A DNA stretch of 64,000 nucleotides from Stylophora pistillata (Eukaryota), in assembly GCF_002571385.2 (NCBI RefSeq), contig NW_019218020.1, positions 223,796-287,795 on the forward strand. Reading direction: 5' to 3'. Positions 25,703 to 52,782 of this stretch are shown here, piece by piece; position 1 is the stretch's first letter; each line of letters opens with the position of its first letter. Under the pieces are notes generated by a model. The model was not told the DNA's origin. It saw nothing but the letters and a program-made list of their open reading frames with translations, and searched no databases. The position numbers were made by a program, and so were the translations under genes.

Positions 25703-28700
25703 AAATTATGTCGTTTACCGACGATACTTTGGTGATTTTTTTTTTGTCCTTTCTTATAATCCTTTGTTTCCCGGGTTAGCATGAGGTTTTAATTTACACT
25801 TACCGCCTAGGGGGTCTCTTCGTATTCTACCGTTTTTAAAAACCTAGTTTACAGCCCAGAGAAAATGCGACAAAACTTTAAACACGTCTGAAGCGCGATG
25901 AAGGTCACCGCTCTGGGGTCAGTGAAAATTAGTTCAACTGCTTTTGCAACTGGCTTTAAGTGTTACATATCAGCTTAGTTCTAATTCAATTTTCACTTTT
26001 AATTGGAAACCAGGATCTGTTAGCGATACTTCGTAAGTTAGTTAGTACCTGATTGCTTCAGACACGAGTTCAACTCGTAACATATAATTAAACATGTCGA
26101 GTTAAATAAACCGCATCATTGTGGTGTTCCGTTGGGTAAGAAACTTCATTTTCACAATGCTTCTCCCCTCCCACAGGAATTTGAATGAGTACTGGCGAAC
26201 TTTCCAAGAAAGCCTGATGAAACCTGCGTTGGACGTGCATCTTATCAAGGGGGTCTTCTTTTAACGTGCTCAAAAATGCTTTCTACTTTTTCTTTTTTTC
26301 CTTCTCACATACTTATCCTAATGTAAAGATCATGTTCGTACGCTAGAAAAAGTTATAAATTATGAATTATGATAGATAGTCCTGCATAGAAAGAATTGTA
26401 GATTTGTTTTTGAAATGGGGATTATCTTAAGTATTCCGTTCATGACGTAAGCCAACCATAGAGGCATCCTCAGGTTTCGTTGCCTGGTCAGTATTCTTTT
26501 ATATTTTTTTGTACACACAGTGTTAGGAAAAAGTTAAGAAAATGAACGGAACTACGTAGCAACAGTCCCAGCCGCTTCACGCCACAGAACTCCACGAATA
26601 CTGAAAACGATGTGTGTTTCTCTTCTAGGAGTGTCCAAAACTGAATTCCCCTTCCAATATCTATGTTCTTTCAGGAAGAAAGGTGACACTTCTCAGATCC
26701 AAAACTATTCGAAATGTGTTTCCGACAATGTGGAGGATTGATAGACTGAGTGGTGCAGTTGAAATAAAACATTATTGAAAATGAACTATACCCAAATCAT
26801 CTGAGGTATAGCAAATGTAACTCTACCATTTTGTCATGCTACCCAGTAGGGGCTGTTTCATTCGTAAAGGACTTTGTTACGGAATTTCGACTCATTTTTA
26901 GTTTTTTACGTAGTCACGATGTCAGAGAGAATTGTACCTCAGTACCCTTTCAATCCCAAGATATCATAGATTTCTTGCAAGTTGGCCCTTAGAATTTTAT
27001 GTTAAATCAATTAATATCTTCTTACTGATATTTTCTTTCCTTATAATCTTTCTGCCTGGAATTAAAATGTATTTATTAAAAATGAAAGGAAAAACAATTT
27101 TTTTTTGTCAATCCCGGCGATGGAATAGTACCAAACAAGGATTGCTGAGAATGAACAAGATTTCCACTTGTTGAACAAAATGATCTTAAAAACTTTAGGC
27201 TAGATTACTCAAGGTGGACGAACTGTCCCGTAACAAAAAACGTAACAAAACAAAGAAAGACAAAAACTATGTGACTGTACCTCCACAAAGACGGCAGACT
27301 TAACATTCATTCAAAAACCAGCAGTTCCTTGTACCAATAAACGTTTGGTCGAGGTCCTTTCCGTCCACCACCTGTTGAAGATCACCAATTACTAGGTTAT
27401 TTTCGAAAGAATCCAATATGTGTGATTATGAAAGAGGGAGGCATTATATACAACGCTTAGTTCGGATGGTATTCGTGGGCGAATTATGACGCAGCTCTGA
27501 TGCGTTCCAACATCTTTCAGCGGTCTCAGAAGATCGCCAAATCTCTAGGAAATCCTATTCAATGTAATTAAGATGAAACTGTGGATATTGGCAAAAATTC
27601 AACAAAATGTTCGAAATTTTATTTGATAGAGGTCAGGCCATTGAAAACCCTCAAGGCACGCTTTTAGCAAAACCATTCTGGACTAGCAGTGGTATCTTTA
27701 ATTAAACTCGGTAAACAACCTTCAGTAAAATCAATAGCTATCTATATACAATATTAAATTGGTCAAAAGCTATCAATATACTGTTTTACAAGATTGCCGA
27801 ATGAGAATCCAATGACCCAAATACACAGTTAATTCGCTTTTCAAATTCACCTATTGATCTGATTTCTGTGACATTCTCAGGTAATGAATCCCACAAACAG
27901 GCACCGCTGTAACTAAAACTGCGTTTTAAGTCATTAGCACGCGGCCTTGGCAATGTCAGTTTACAAAAGACGTTTTGTCCAGTGTAAAACCATTACAGCT
28001 ACGGGGCCTTCTGTTTCATGAGTACAATTAACGACTCGAAAAAGATTTAGGTGAGACAATAAGATATTTCCATGTAACATTTTAGGAATCCTGTAGACAA
28101 ACCCGGTTTTCAATGAAAAAAAAAAAAAAGAAATTTCTTGACAATATCCAAACTTATATCGCAACGTAACTTTAAAATATTGGTTTGATTTTGCTTATAG
28201 TCAGTTATGATGCTATCTTAAGTATTCTGTAAACAATGTCTGTTGTTAATGTGCAGATAACATATCATTTATGTATTTTACAGCAAACCCCCCTGGATTT
28301 TGGAGACCGTCTGTCTGACGTTACTCAGATGTATTTGTATCATTAAGTCTCGTTCGCTCAGTGGGTTAGTTATCCAAGGAAACCGAAATGTTAACCTTTA
28401 GCCCGTGAATCATTTGTCAGATTACTATGCAAAAATAGAAGTTCACGTATCATGTAAAAGGACTGATATACTCGAATAAAATGCCAATTGGTAAGAGGAA
28501 TAATGATGATAATCATAAATGAAGGACGTACAGTTTTTAAGATTTCAACTGCAATATCATGATAGACAATTATCTTATGCTCGTGTTTGTTTTTTACGAG
28601 GCTGAGTTATTGATTGAAGCAACAAGCATCCATTTCCAAAATAAACCGAAAACCCTCCAATGGTCTCACTCAAACGTAGATAGTTTTGTTGTTGTTGTTG

Positions 28701-31700
28701 TTCAGTTTCCCGCCGTTTTGTTAAAAAGGAAGGTGACAAGAACTCCATGATAAGAATGTAATTTACACGCAGTGCAGTTAATGTATGATAGAATCACAGT
28801 GACCCATTGAACAAACGAAGACGGAAAAGAGACATGGTTTGCCTATCCGAAGAAACATTCATAAAAATTGATAAATGAAATAAATTTGAATTTAGTAATG
28901 GACATTCTACCAGGTGACTGCTCTTGTCCACTGTTTTCTGGTCGAGTTGGAATCCTCTCCCTCAGAAAACTTACCAAATATTCTTTCAGGGTTTTGAAGC
29001 AATAGTGTGGCAGTTTTTCTATCAGGTCAAATTTTTACTAGGATTATAATTTGCAGTACCCCGTTATCTTCACTATTCTTGCCGGGCTATCTTTGTTCCT
29101 CGTTGATTTATGATCACCTCGGTTGTGGTTTTCTATGGTGTCGAAGTAACATTTTGTATATAGTCATTCGGGCCAATCCAGATCAATCTTCCTCATCCTT
29201 TGCCATAATTTTTTCCTTCTTTCTCTATCAGGTCCTTTTTTGTGTTTTTCTTTTTTTTCGTCTTACCGACCGAACTTGTGTTTAGTACCCACCTCGAATT
29301 TGAGGGCAGCCTTCCTCACTGCGTAAACGATTTTTTTAAAATGTCGTTTTGCACCTCGCACTGAGTCAAGCGAAGAATCCAAATTTCGGAATTTTAGTGA
29401 GAGGAACGTGTTCCAGAGATTTCCTTTAAAAATGGTCAATGTTACTCCCTATTAATTAAATCATTTCCTGGATCTGACGTGAACACTTGATTAATTTTTG
29501 TAGTTATACTATTAGCTTTAAAGATTATCGAATACTTGGGCAATCAGTGGTGCGTGTATTCTAAGATAAGCAAGAGGCCAAGATTTCTGAATTGGCGCAT
29601 CCTTTACCTCAATGACTTATTTTTCCCTTTTATTGCACCATCGTTGGAAAGTCTGCCAACTCCTATCTCAATGAAGAGATATCGTATCGTTATCCTACAT
29701 TGAAAAAGGAGGAAATAGAGAATGCTATTATGATCTCATTTGGCCCTCAGTTAGGGAATTTGCCCCATTGAAGAATTCGGATATGACGCAAAGCTTGGCT
29801 CCGCTTCTCCCAGAATCTGATATCTATTTTTTCCTTTCACCTGCCTGGCATTTCTTTGTAAACAAATCAGCATAGCCTGGTGTTATATCAGGAAAGAAAC
29901 TCTCGCGCAAGTTGATACGCGTAGATGTTCCCGTCAGCCGTTGGCTGGACATTACGAAGAGACTGTGCTGCACTATGTTTCTCACTCCTTGGGGTGAAAG
30001 AGTCAACTTTTATTTATGCATATTCTCCATACTGTTCTCTGTACATTTTCTATTGTACTGACAAGGAGAATTTGTTTATGAATCAAGAGCTCTCGTTGAT
30101 CATTTACTTTATTCTCATGACAGTTACGTTTGATTTAACAGTGACGCTCTACGGAGAAATTAGATGCCACTCACTCTAAGGGCGTGAGAGAAGGTTAAAC
30201 GCATCCGTCGCTATGACGGGAAACCTTTTCCATTACTTTAATCTATCATTGACTGAGTTCCAGTGAAGATCGACTTCTCTCTTCTCTCGCTCTAGGGGGC
30301 GGGAAGATGAGAAAAGAGGTTGTTTTAAGTGATTAAAAAGTGACTTCTTCTAACAAATTTAACACTTTACCCAGCAATCAGGTGATGAGAATTAACAAAG
30401 TTACGGCTGGAGGGTGTTGTCTTGATATTATGCCATGCTCTCTTTAACTCATCTTTAAGGAACTCTTTAATGAATCTGCTAGGAAGTGTATAGCAGCAAG
30501 TAGAGAAAGTTACTATTCAGATCTTTGAATTAGAGGGCTCTAAAACAAAACTTTAAGCACAACACTGATCAGTCACAAGAAAACCTGACTACAACCATGA
30601 GTTGAAAGCTAACGATAACAGACCAAAAACCCTGTGGAGATAAAGGCCACTTCAAGTAGATTTTATGATACGTTGATGCTAAATAACCTAATAGGTTTTG
30701 TTTGCGGATAGAGTTGTAGATCTTTTTTAGTGCTACCGGCCGAGTTGAGGAATGCCATGCCTGTTTGTGATATACTATTTTGCAACAAGTTACTTCGATT
30801 TCGAGGATGTATGATAACAAAGGTTTGGAACTAAAGGTTATCACTGCACGGTCAGTGACCATAAATGTAAAATACCCCGGCAAGAGTGTTTATGGGATCG
30901 GAACTGAAAATAAACGTTGAAGTACCTGCACAGGCAAATAAGTGTCGCTGGGTTGCTTTGTTATAGACAAAACTTCTTTATTATTTGGAAAGATGAAGAA
31001 AAAAGAGAAAACAATGGAAGACGACCTTTTGTGAGGTCCCTATACTTGAAGAACTCAGTGACGTTTCTAGCATGGTCTAGCGGCATGGAAAATGCTAAAT
31101 ATAAATGTATTTATAAGAGCTAAAACGATTTGAACTTCGCACAATTGAGATGCATAATCAACTCGACGAGCCAACCTATTCAACTGACAAATAATTAAAC
31201 AACACTGGATTTGTTAACCAAACCACCACATAAATACTAGTGAATGACTTCTATTCGGTGAGAGCTCCGACCACATTTTCCGCTGGCACTCGACAATTCT
31301 CAGCGAAATTACATGAATTACAATTATTTTGTTCGCTGATTCAACACTTGTCTACATGAAAAACTCATCGTGGGTGAAGGCGAAGAGAAAGCGAAAGAAT
31401 TCTTCAACTTACCGCTTTGGAAGAGAATGGATGACTCGTTTCGTAGCGTTCCTGTTCACCTCTGGTGGTCAAATGGCTTAAGCAGCTTTCGTAATGGGAT
31501 TGTTCATTTCAAGAAGCTTTAATCGGCTGCGGTTCCGGCGCCGTGATTGTGTTCGAAGGATCACCGTCACGAGACACTTGTCGCCTTGCTCAGTACGCTT
31601 ACGGAGACCAAGCCCATTACACGACATAATACGACAGCGCGATATGTCATCCAACGCTTCTGGCATGAAAACAGCAGTGGTTATCTAAAATGTTTTGTCT

Positions 31701-32902
31701 AATATATAATGATAAGAACGTCTCGAATTGGTTGAAATTCAACCTCGTGAATATCTTATAGCTAGGAAAAAGACTTGGAAAGATTGTACCTCTGTGAGTT
31801 TCAGGCGTTGATGTTTGCAGTGTAGGAACCGATCGCGCCAATCTAAGCTTACATACTACGCCTTAGTAATCCGTAAATACTGTTTACTCCTCTTTTGCTG
31901 TTGTTTTATAGGATCACCTCCTAAAATTATAATTAATTCTACCTATGAATGTACCTCCAGCAGAGAAGGCAAAACACCTTTTTAAATCATCATTATTCTT
32001 CCCAGTTCTTATTCATCGAAGCCGGAAGTTCAGCGTAACTGAATTTCAGCCGTTTTCAGTCGAACGATTCAAGGATTATCAAGCTTTCTGTTACGGTCCC
32101 ACTGTTGTGCGAAACCAGCTGTTCTCCAAATTCGAAGGAACTTTCCAAGCGACACATTTTGGTTGGCCGGGGACGTTTAAGAGTTCAGTGCAGTTGGGGT
32201 GGAAACTCTTCACATCGATTTTCCTCACTGCGCCTCTTCCCCCAGTAAGGCTTTTCATAGCTTGAATGGTCTCTTTCATGATGGACGTCTTTTTATGTCA
32301 CGAAACGCTCCCCGTGACATCCTGTGGAGTCCGGAGTGGCTTCGAATGAGACATTTGTCATTTTTTAAGGAGGTAACTGGTTTCTTATAGCATTATTCAG
32401 ATTAAGATGAAATTCAGACCACGTTAACATTAGAAAAAAACTTTGCGAAGTAACTTCCTTGAATTGGTTTAAGAAATATATAAGGTGATTGGTAGTCTAG
32501 TCGACATGATGATATCCTGTATCTGACCTGATGTTTTTGGTCATTTGAATTCTAGATCTGGTGTTTTATCAGAAACAGGACGATTTCCCTATATTTACTC
32601 AAGAATCGTAGATCACCATTCCCGTAAGAAACTTGTCCCGACAAGTTAGGGAAATTAAATGGCTGTAAATAAACTACTTTCTTCTTTTAATTTTCCGTCC
32701 ATAATTTATTCCTTCATTTCGCATTTCCCCAGTCCTTTCATGGTTCGTTTGCGAAGGGACGTTGCTCTCGGGACTGGTACAGAGTATGCATGCAAGTCAG
32801 CATCAGCTTAAAATGGCGCCGATTTCGAATTACAAGTGTCGTGTGGCTGTTTCTTTGCGTTTCCACGATAACCTCTGACCAATTTTTTAGATTTTTAGAG
32901 CC

Positions 32903-47800
<14,898 letters not shown>

Positions 47801-48346
47801 CTGGTAGATAAGCATGATTCAATTTTGAAATTGGAACAGAAATTCCCTGGACCTGATTAGACCTCCATAGTATCCAAGCAGATCCAGGGGTCCATTTCTC
47901 AAAAGGGCTGAAGCCACAGTTTAAAATGATATCAAAATTTAAAGAATAGAGAAGCATGTTCTAGTACCCTAACCAACCCATTTTGTTCCTTTTGCTGATA
48001 GTTTTATCGTATAAATTTCAAAAATTTTTAGACCCCCCCCCCCATATTGAATGAAAACAGGATGCCTTTACAGACTGGTTTAGTCACCAGGGCCCTGGAG
48101 AAACAGGCCTCTGGTACCCTACAGTATTTGCCATGATTCCACAAAAATGATTATTCTACTATATGTCACAGTAGATTTTCCAAAAGAGGCTGCGAAGAGT
48201 TGACAAAGCAGCAGTGATCATGAAAGAGTCCTTAAAAATCTTGCGAAAAAATCCTTCAAGTAAACACGAAGTGGCCTTAAAAGCATCCATAATAAGCTGT
48301 TAAGTAGCTCTTATTCAAACCTGTCCCACCACACACAGCACAGACA

Positions 48347-48636
48347 CAGGGTTTGTACGTGTCTTGAAAACCCTTGAATTTCAGAGGCCGATTTCAAGGC
48401 CTTGAAAGTACTTGAATTTCGTTTTGGGGCCTTGAAAGTCCTTGATATTTTATTGAACAACATTAAAAAATATCTGCTTTTGTTTTGCACCATCGGTAAA
48501 TCCAAAACATAGATGCTAACAGAAACATTTTTCTTGGTTTTGAGGTAAAATTGTCATTAAAAAAAGTCCTTGAAATTTCTAAGTAGGGTCCTGCAAAGTC
48601 CTTGAATCTTTGGCCTGAAAAAGTGTACGAACCCTG
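48347..48636. mobile_element. MITE with CAGGGTT termini and a 6-bp TSD (related element at 41872-42176)
   Basis: cagggtttgtac .. gtacgaaccctg flanked by CAGACA, with internal gtccttgaa repeats. Confidence 0.75.
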
Positions 48637-48909
48637 CAGACAGTTCACTTTGAATGTTTGTCATGTCTTCAAGCAATAAGGAAATTGTAAGCAAGACTTT
48701 TAAACATAAGCTCACTGTTGCTGAAACCTTCCACATGTTGTCATAAAATAATGTATTATCTATAGTAAATATTTGTCTTAATATTCATTCATTCTTGTCC
48801 TCAGCAAAGAAAAATGGCAGTGAAAATATTTAAGGTTATTTTTTAAATAATTAGTTCTTAGTAATAGATGGATTTGAAACAGTCATTTAGAAGAGATGAT
48901 TTATTAATG

Positions 48910-51709
48910 TTAGGGTTGGCATCTGAGGACTAAAGATACTCTCCTATCTCTAAGCACAGTCTTTCCTTTCCAAACAGATTCTTCTTCTTTCAATATTTCA
49001 TGTGTAAATTCATACCTTACAGCATCCCTGATGGAAAGAAATAAATACATTTTAATTTGTCTCGTGATAGTAAGTAAAATTAATATGAATGAACATGTAC
49101 ACAGAATTGTATATATAGGCATACAACAAGAATCACAATTCTGTTGCTTTAAACCGTCCTTGTGCTTAAGACCAGCCACCATTTGGTGTGACTTTTCAGT
49201 TCCCAGTTATACTCCTTTGTTGATAGAGCCACTGGAAGAGCTAGGTGTTTAGCCCAAGAACACAACTAATTGACCGGACCAGGGGCCCGTTTCTTAAAAG
49301 TCCCAGTAACTTAACAGGTCTGTAAAGCTGTTCTATTTTCATTCAAGATGAGGATTTCAAAAGTTTTGAAAATGATAAAATAAAGCTCTCAGCTAAAGAA
49401 ACAAAAAGGACTGGTTTGGGTGCCAAAACCTGCTTTCCTGTCCTGTAAATTTTGATTTTAAAACATGGCTTTGGGCCTGTTAAGTTACCAGGACTTTCAA
49501 CAAATGGGCCCCTGGTCTGGAAGCTGGCACATACCAACACTTTGCAAAAATAATGGTACTTGTACACTGTATTGTTCATCCTTTATTTTTAAACAATGTT
49601 GAGCCATTGATGCATAATACCTTATAATGTAGAGTGATCTTGGTTGGAGAAGGGCATCAACTTTGACATTGCCAAGCTTCTCATGTTTAAACCTCATAAC
49701 TGAAGGTGACAGGAGACTGACGCCAGATATTATTGCTCCACAAAACTGAAAAGACAAAATTCATGATGCTTTACCTTGTGGAAACCTCTGTTTGTTGAAT
49801 GAAAAAATGAATTGGTTGTCTTGCCTCCCTAACCCTTTACACTGTACATTAGTACACATATTCTCCATACTGTTCTCTATACATTTCCTAAGGTGCTGGC
49901 AAGGAGAATTTGTTGAACAATCAAGAGCTTTTTTTAGTTGCTGATCATTTCCTTTATTCTTGAGACTTTAATGTGTGATTCAGGGGTGATATTGTAAGGA
50001 GAAATGAGATGTTAGTCATTTTTAGGGGTCAAATGCTTAAATAAACCTTTTAACACCATTTACTTGACAGTTATTCACAAACCAGGTTTTGATCCTTAAA
50101 TTAAAGTACTCCATTCAATGTGTGTACATGCCTTTTTCCTTTATTTACTTGTTGTTATTGTTGAAGAGTTTTCAGACTTAAAATGCTGAGGTTCTGAGTG
50201 TACTGAACAAATAATAGTAAGAATATTTGCAGCCTTCTCAAAACTGGCCGTCAACGAGCCGCCTCCTTTCAAATCTTGGCCGTCTCTTTTCAGTCAAAAA
50301 ATATTATTTTCAAAGGCAACAAATGAAAAAGAAAACAAGAAAAATTAAGCGCAAACAGAGAAAGTTAAAGAAAAGCCGCCAGAGTGCGTTTAGTTAGCGT
50401 GATCCGCTTAAATCTTATATAATAATTACATGACTTTTTTCCCTTTCAACACACCCAAAATGCACCAAATTGCATCTCCGAGCATCTAAATTTCCAAAAT
50501 TTTCCAGGGAGCATGCCCCTGGACCACCTTACATGCTCATGCCCACAGGGCACTCAAAGGGGTGCCGTTGGCACCTCAACCTACTCCTCCAATCCATTAA
50601 CCTACTCGAAATTTTTTTGAGAAAGCTGATTTGTAACCAAACATTTATTTATTTTGATTGATTTTGTTTTAAACATCTAGCAAATATTTTAAGAGGTCCA
50701 TCTGTTACCTTAATGCTGTCAACGTGGGGCTTAATATACCTGAAACAAAAAGTAAGATCGATACGATTCATATATATACGATATTACATGTGATAGGCAG
50801 AAAAAAAATCAATCAACTACATTTCATCCCTACAGACCTGTTTCACGAAACAGGTCTGTAGGGATGAAATGTAGTTGATTGATTTTTTTCTGCCTATCAC
50901 ACGTTATACACGTTCTACTATATGTAGCGAGCACTGTTTTTCAGATATCAAGTTTAACCCTTCTATATTATAATAGTGTATACATATGAATTGAGCCTTG
51001 CTAACAGATGACTCACTCATTTGTAGAGGATGAACATTACAAACCAACTGTCTGAAACAGAGGAATTGGGTTGAATACTGGTACTCTGTGCACCATAAAA
51101 TACTGTACAGATAATTAGTTGCTAGTCACTCTGAGAAGTCAAGGGTTAAATTTTCAACAACACTGGACATTGAAGAAGCAATCTCCAATGTTATTGGTTT
51201 TATTAACCAAGTTGAAATAGTAACGTATATGAGAACGATATGTTTCATATGTTTGTTGTTGTTTGAAATAGTAAATTGGCCACTGTAACGAATAAAAAAG
51301 CTGACGTTTCGAGCGTTAGCCCTTTGTCAGAGCAAATGGCGATTCGCTCTGATGATAATTTGCTATTCGCTCTAACAAAGGGCTAATGCTCGAAACATCA
51401 GCTTTTTTATTTGTTACGGTGGCCACTTTACTAATTCAACTTAGTTGATATAACCAATTACCTTGTTACCCCCACCAACGCAGCAACACAGTTTCTTTAG
51501 AAACTTTCAGCCTTTATCAATCTCCAATTTTGACTAATATACAAATGAAAATAACATTCTGACATCTTTATAGGAGCTTTTACATGCACCACTCACCATC
51601 TAATGAGAAGACTCAAACTTATCAAGTAGAAATTGTCATCTTGGTCTAACACCAAATTCTCAAACTAATTTACAAGGAATTGTCCAGTAGTTAGAGGGGA
51701 TAATCTACA

Positions 51710-51777
<68 letters not shown>

Positions 51778-52663
51778 CAGCCAATATAACATAATCTACA
51801 AATATGGTAAGTGTACGCTTCAGCTTAAAATCAAAAGGGAGCTAAANTATCGCCTTGAGCAACTCTTACGCTTCTTTCGTGCTTAGCAACCTCCCGCATG
51901 CATCCATAACTCAATAGTGTAAGCTGTGGTGTTTACCATTTGTTAATTGGGATGAATAAGTGAACTGGGCTCTTTGCCATAGGCAAGGTTGGGCACAATG
52001 TCATGATTTGTCATGGGGGAGGGGGGTGAAGATGAATTATATGGTTGAGCCACAAGTTCACCAAATTAATTAAACTGAGCTAATATAAAGGTAAAATGTA
52101 AATTAATCTTTTCGTGATCAAGTCATTCTGTAAGAAAATTTCAATTTTTTATTTCTTTGCCAAACTGAGCCGAAGACCTCAGATGCCCATTAGAAATCAG
52201 ATTACAATCTGACCTATTTTTTAATACGAACACAACATAATTTAATTCTGTTTGAAAAGGGGACACGAAGGGATGATCCTAGAGTTGTTTTACGCTCATA
52301 ATTAAATTATTCAGGTCATAAGATTACTTGCGATTACGTTGTGAAACTTACATTGTCCCAGTGATCGTACTGATACTTTTGTCTCTTCAAATATGGTTCG
52401 ATTTCCTTCAATAGTAAAGTTTCCTCTTCTTCGGAAATAAAATGTTCACAAACTTCTAAATTACCGACTACGAAATCTTGTACCATCTCCAACTCTTCTG
52501 TACTGCAGCCATCAGTTATAAAACAGATTCTGTTCTCTTCGTTCAGATTTTTAGCTGTACTCGATAGATATCTCGTAAAATATCTGACAGACTTTGCATT
52601 AATGGAAGAAAAACGCGATAAAAACAGTGATCTGCACAACTTCACAAGACTCTTGTCCGCCAT
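48910..52663 (-). CDS. ALKBH7: AlkB homolog 7 (mitochondrial 2OG-Fe(II) dioxygenase); internal exon(s) not found in this assembly
   Basis: Exons 52663-52352 (transit peptide, FISEEEE..YQYDHWD), 50739-50709 (YIKPHVDSIK, HxD), 49745-49621 (FCGAIISGVSLLSPSVMRF..RSLYI) and 49027-48910 (RYEFTHEIL..RRVSLVLRCQP). Confidence 0.92.
49281..49513. mobile_element. Harbinger-like MITE (related copy at ~47886-48112)
   Basis: TIRs ggggcccgtttcttaaaagtcc / ggactttcaacaaatgggcccc. Confidence 0.65.
50789..50901. repeat. Near-perfect palindrome (56/55-bp arms, 2-nt spacer)
   Basis: tgtgataggcag..cagacctgtttc AC gaaacaggtctg..ctgcctatcaca. The arms differ only by one base in the A/T run. Confidence 0.9.
51190..51517. 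mobile_element. Second copy of the foldback hammerhead element, 11-bp TSD
   Basis: Back-to-back motifs at 51300-51333 (-) and 51369-51402 (+), same tail as 39276-39488. CAATCTCCAAT at 51179-51189 and 51518-51528. Confidence 0.75.
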
Positions 52664-52782
52664 ATTGGCTTCTGAAGTAACCGCTGATATGCGAACCGAA
52701 GTGCACCCGCATCAGTCACATGACTCTTCGCGCTATCTAAGGTAACCGTTTTGTGGGAAGAAAGATCGCGGGAGTTTTAAAG
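52664..52782. promoter_or_regulatory. Putative bidirectional promoter / 5' UTRs
   Basis: Only 119 bp separate the ALKBH7 ATG (-, 52663) from the ATG at 52783 (+). CpG content is locally higher. Confidence 0.6.

Noticed and set aside
25585-25782. Poly-lysine ORF
   Set aside because: It is the translation of a poly-T tract.
31945-32390. Cluster of overlapping short ORFs upstream of RAD54L
   Set aside because: No recognisable domain or splice chain. Probably a repeat remnant.
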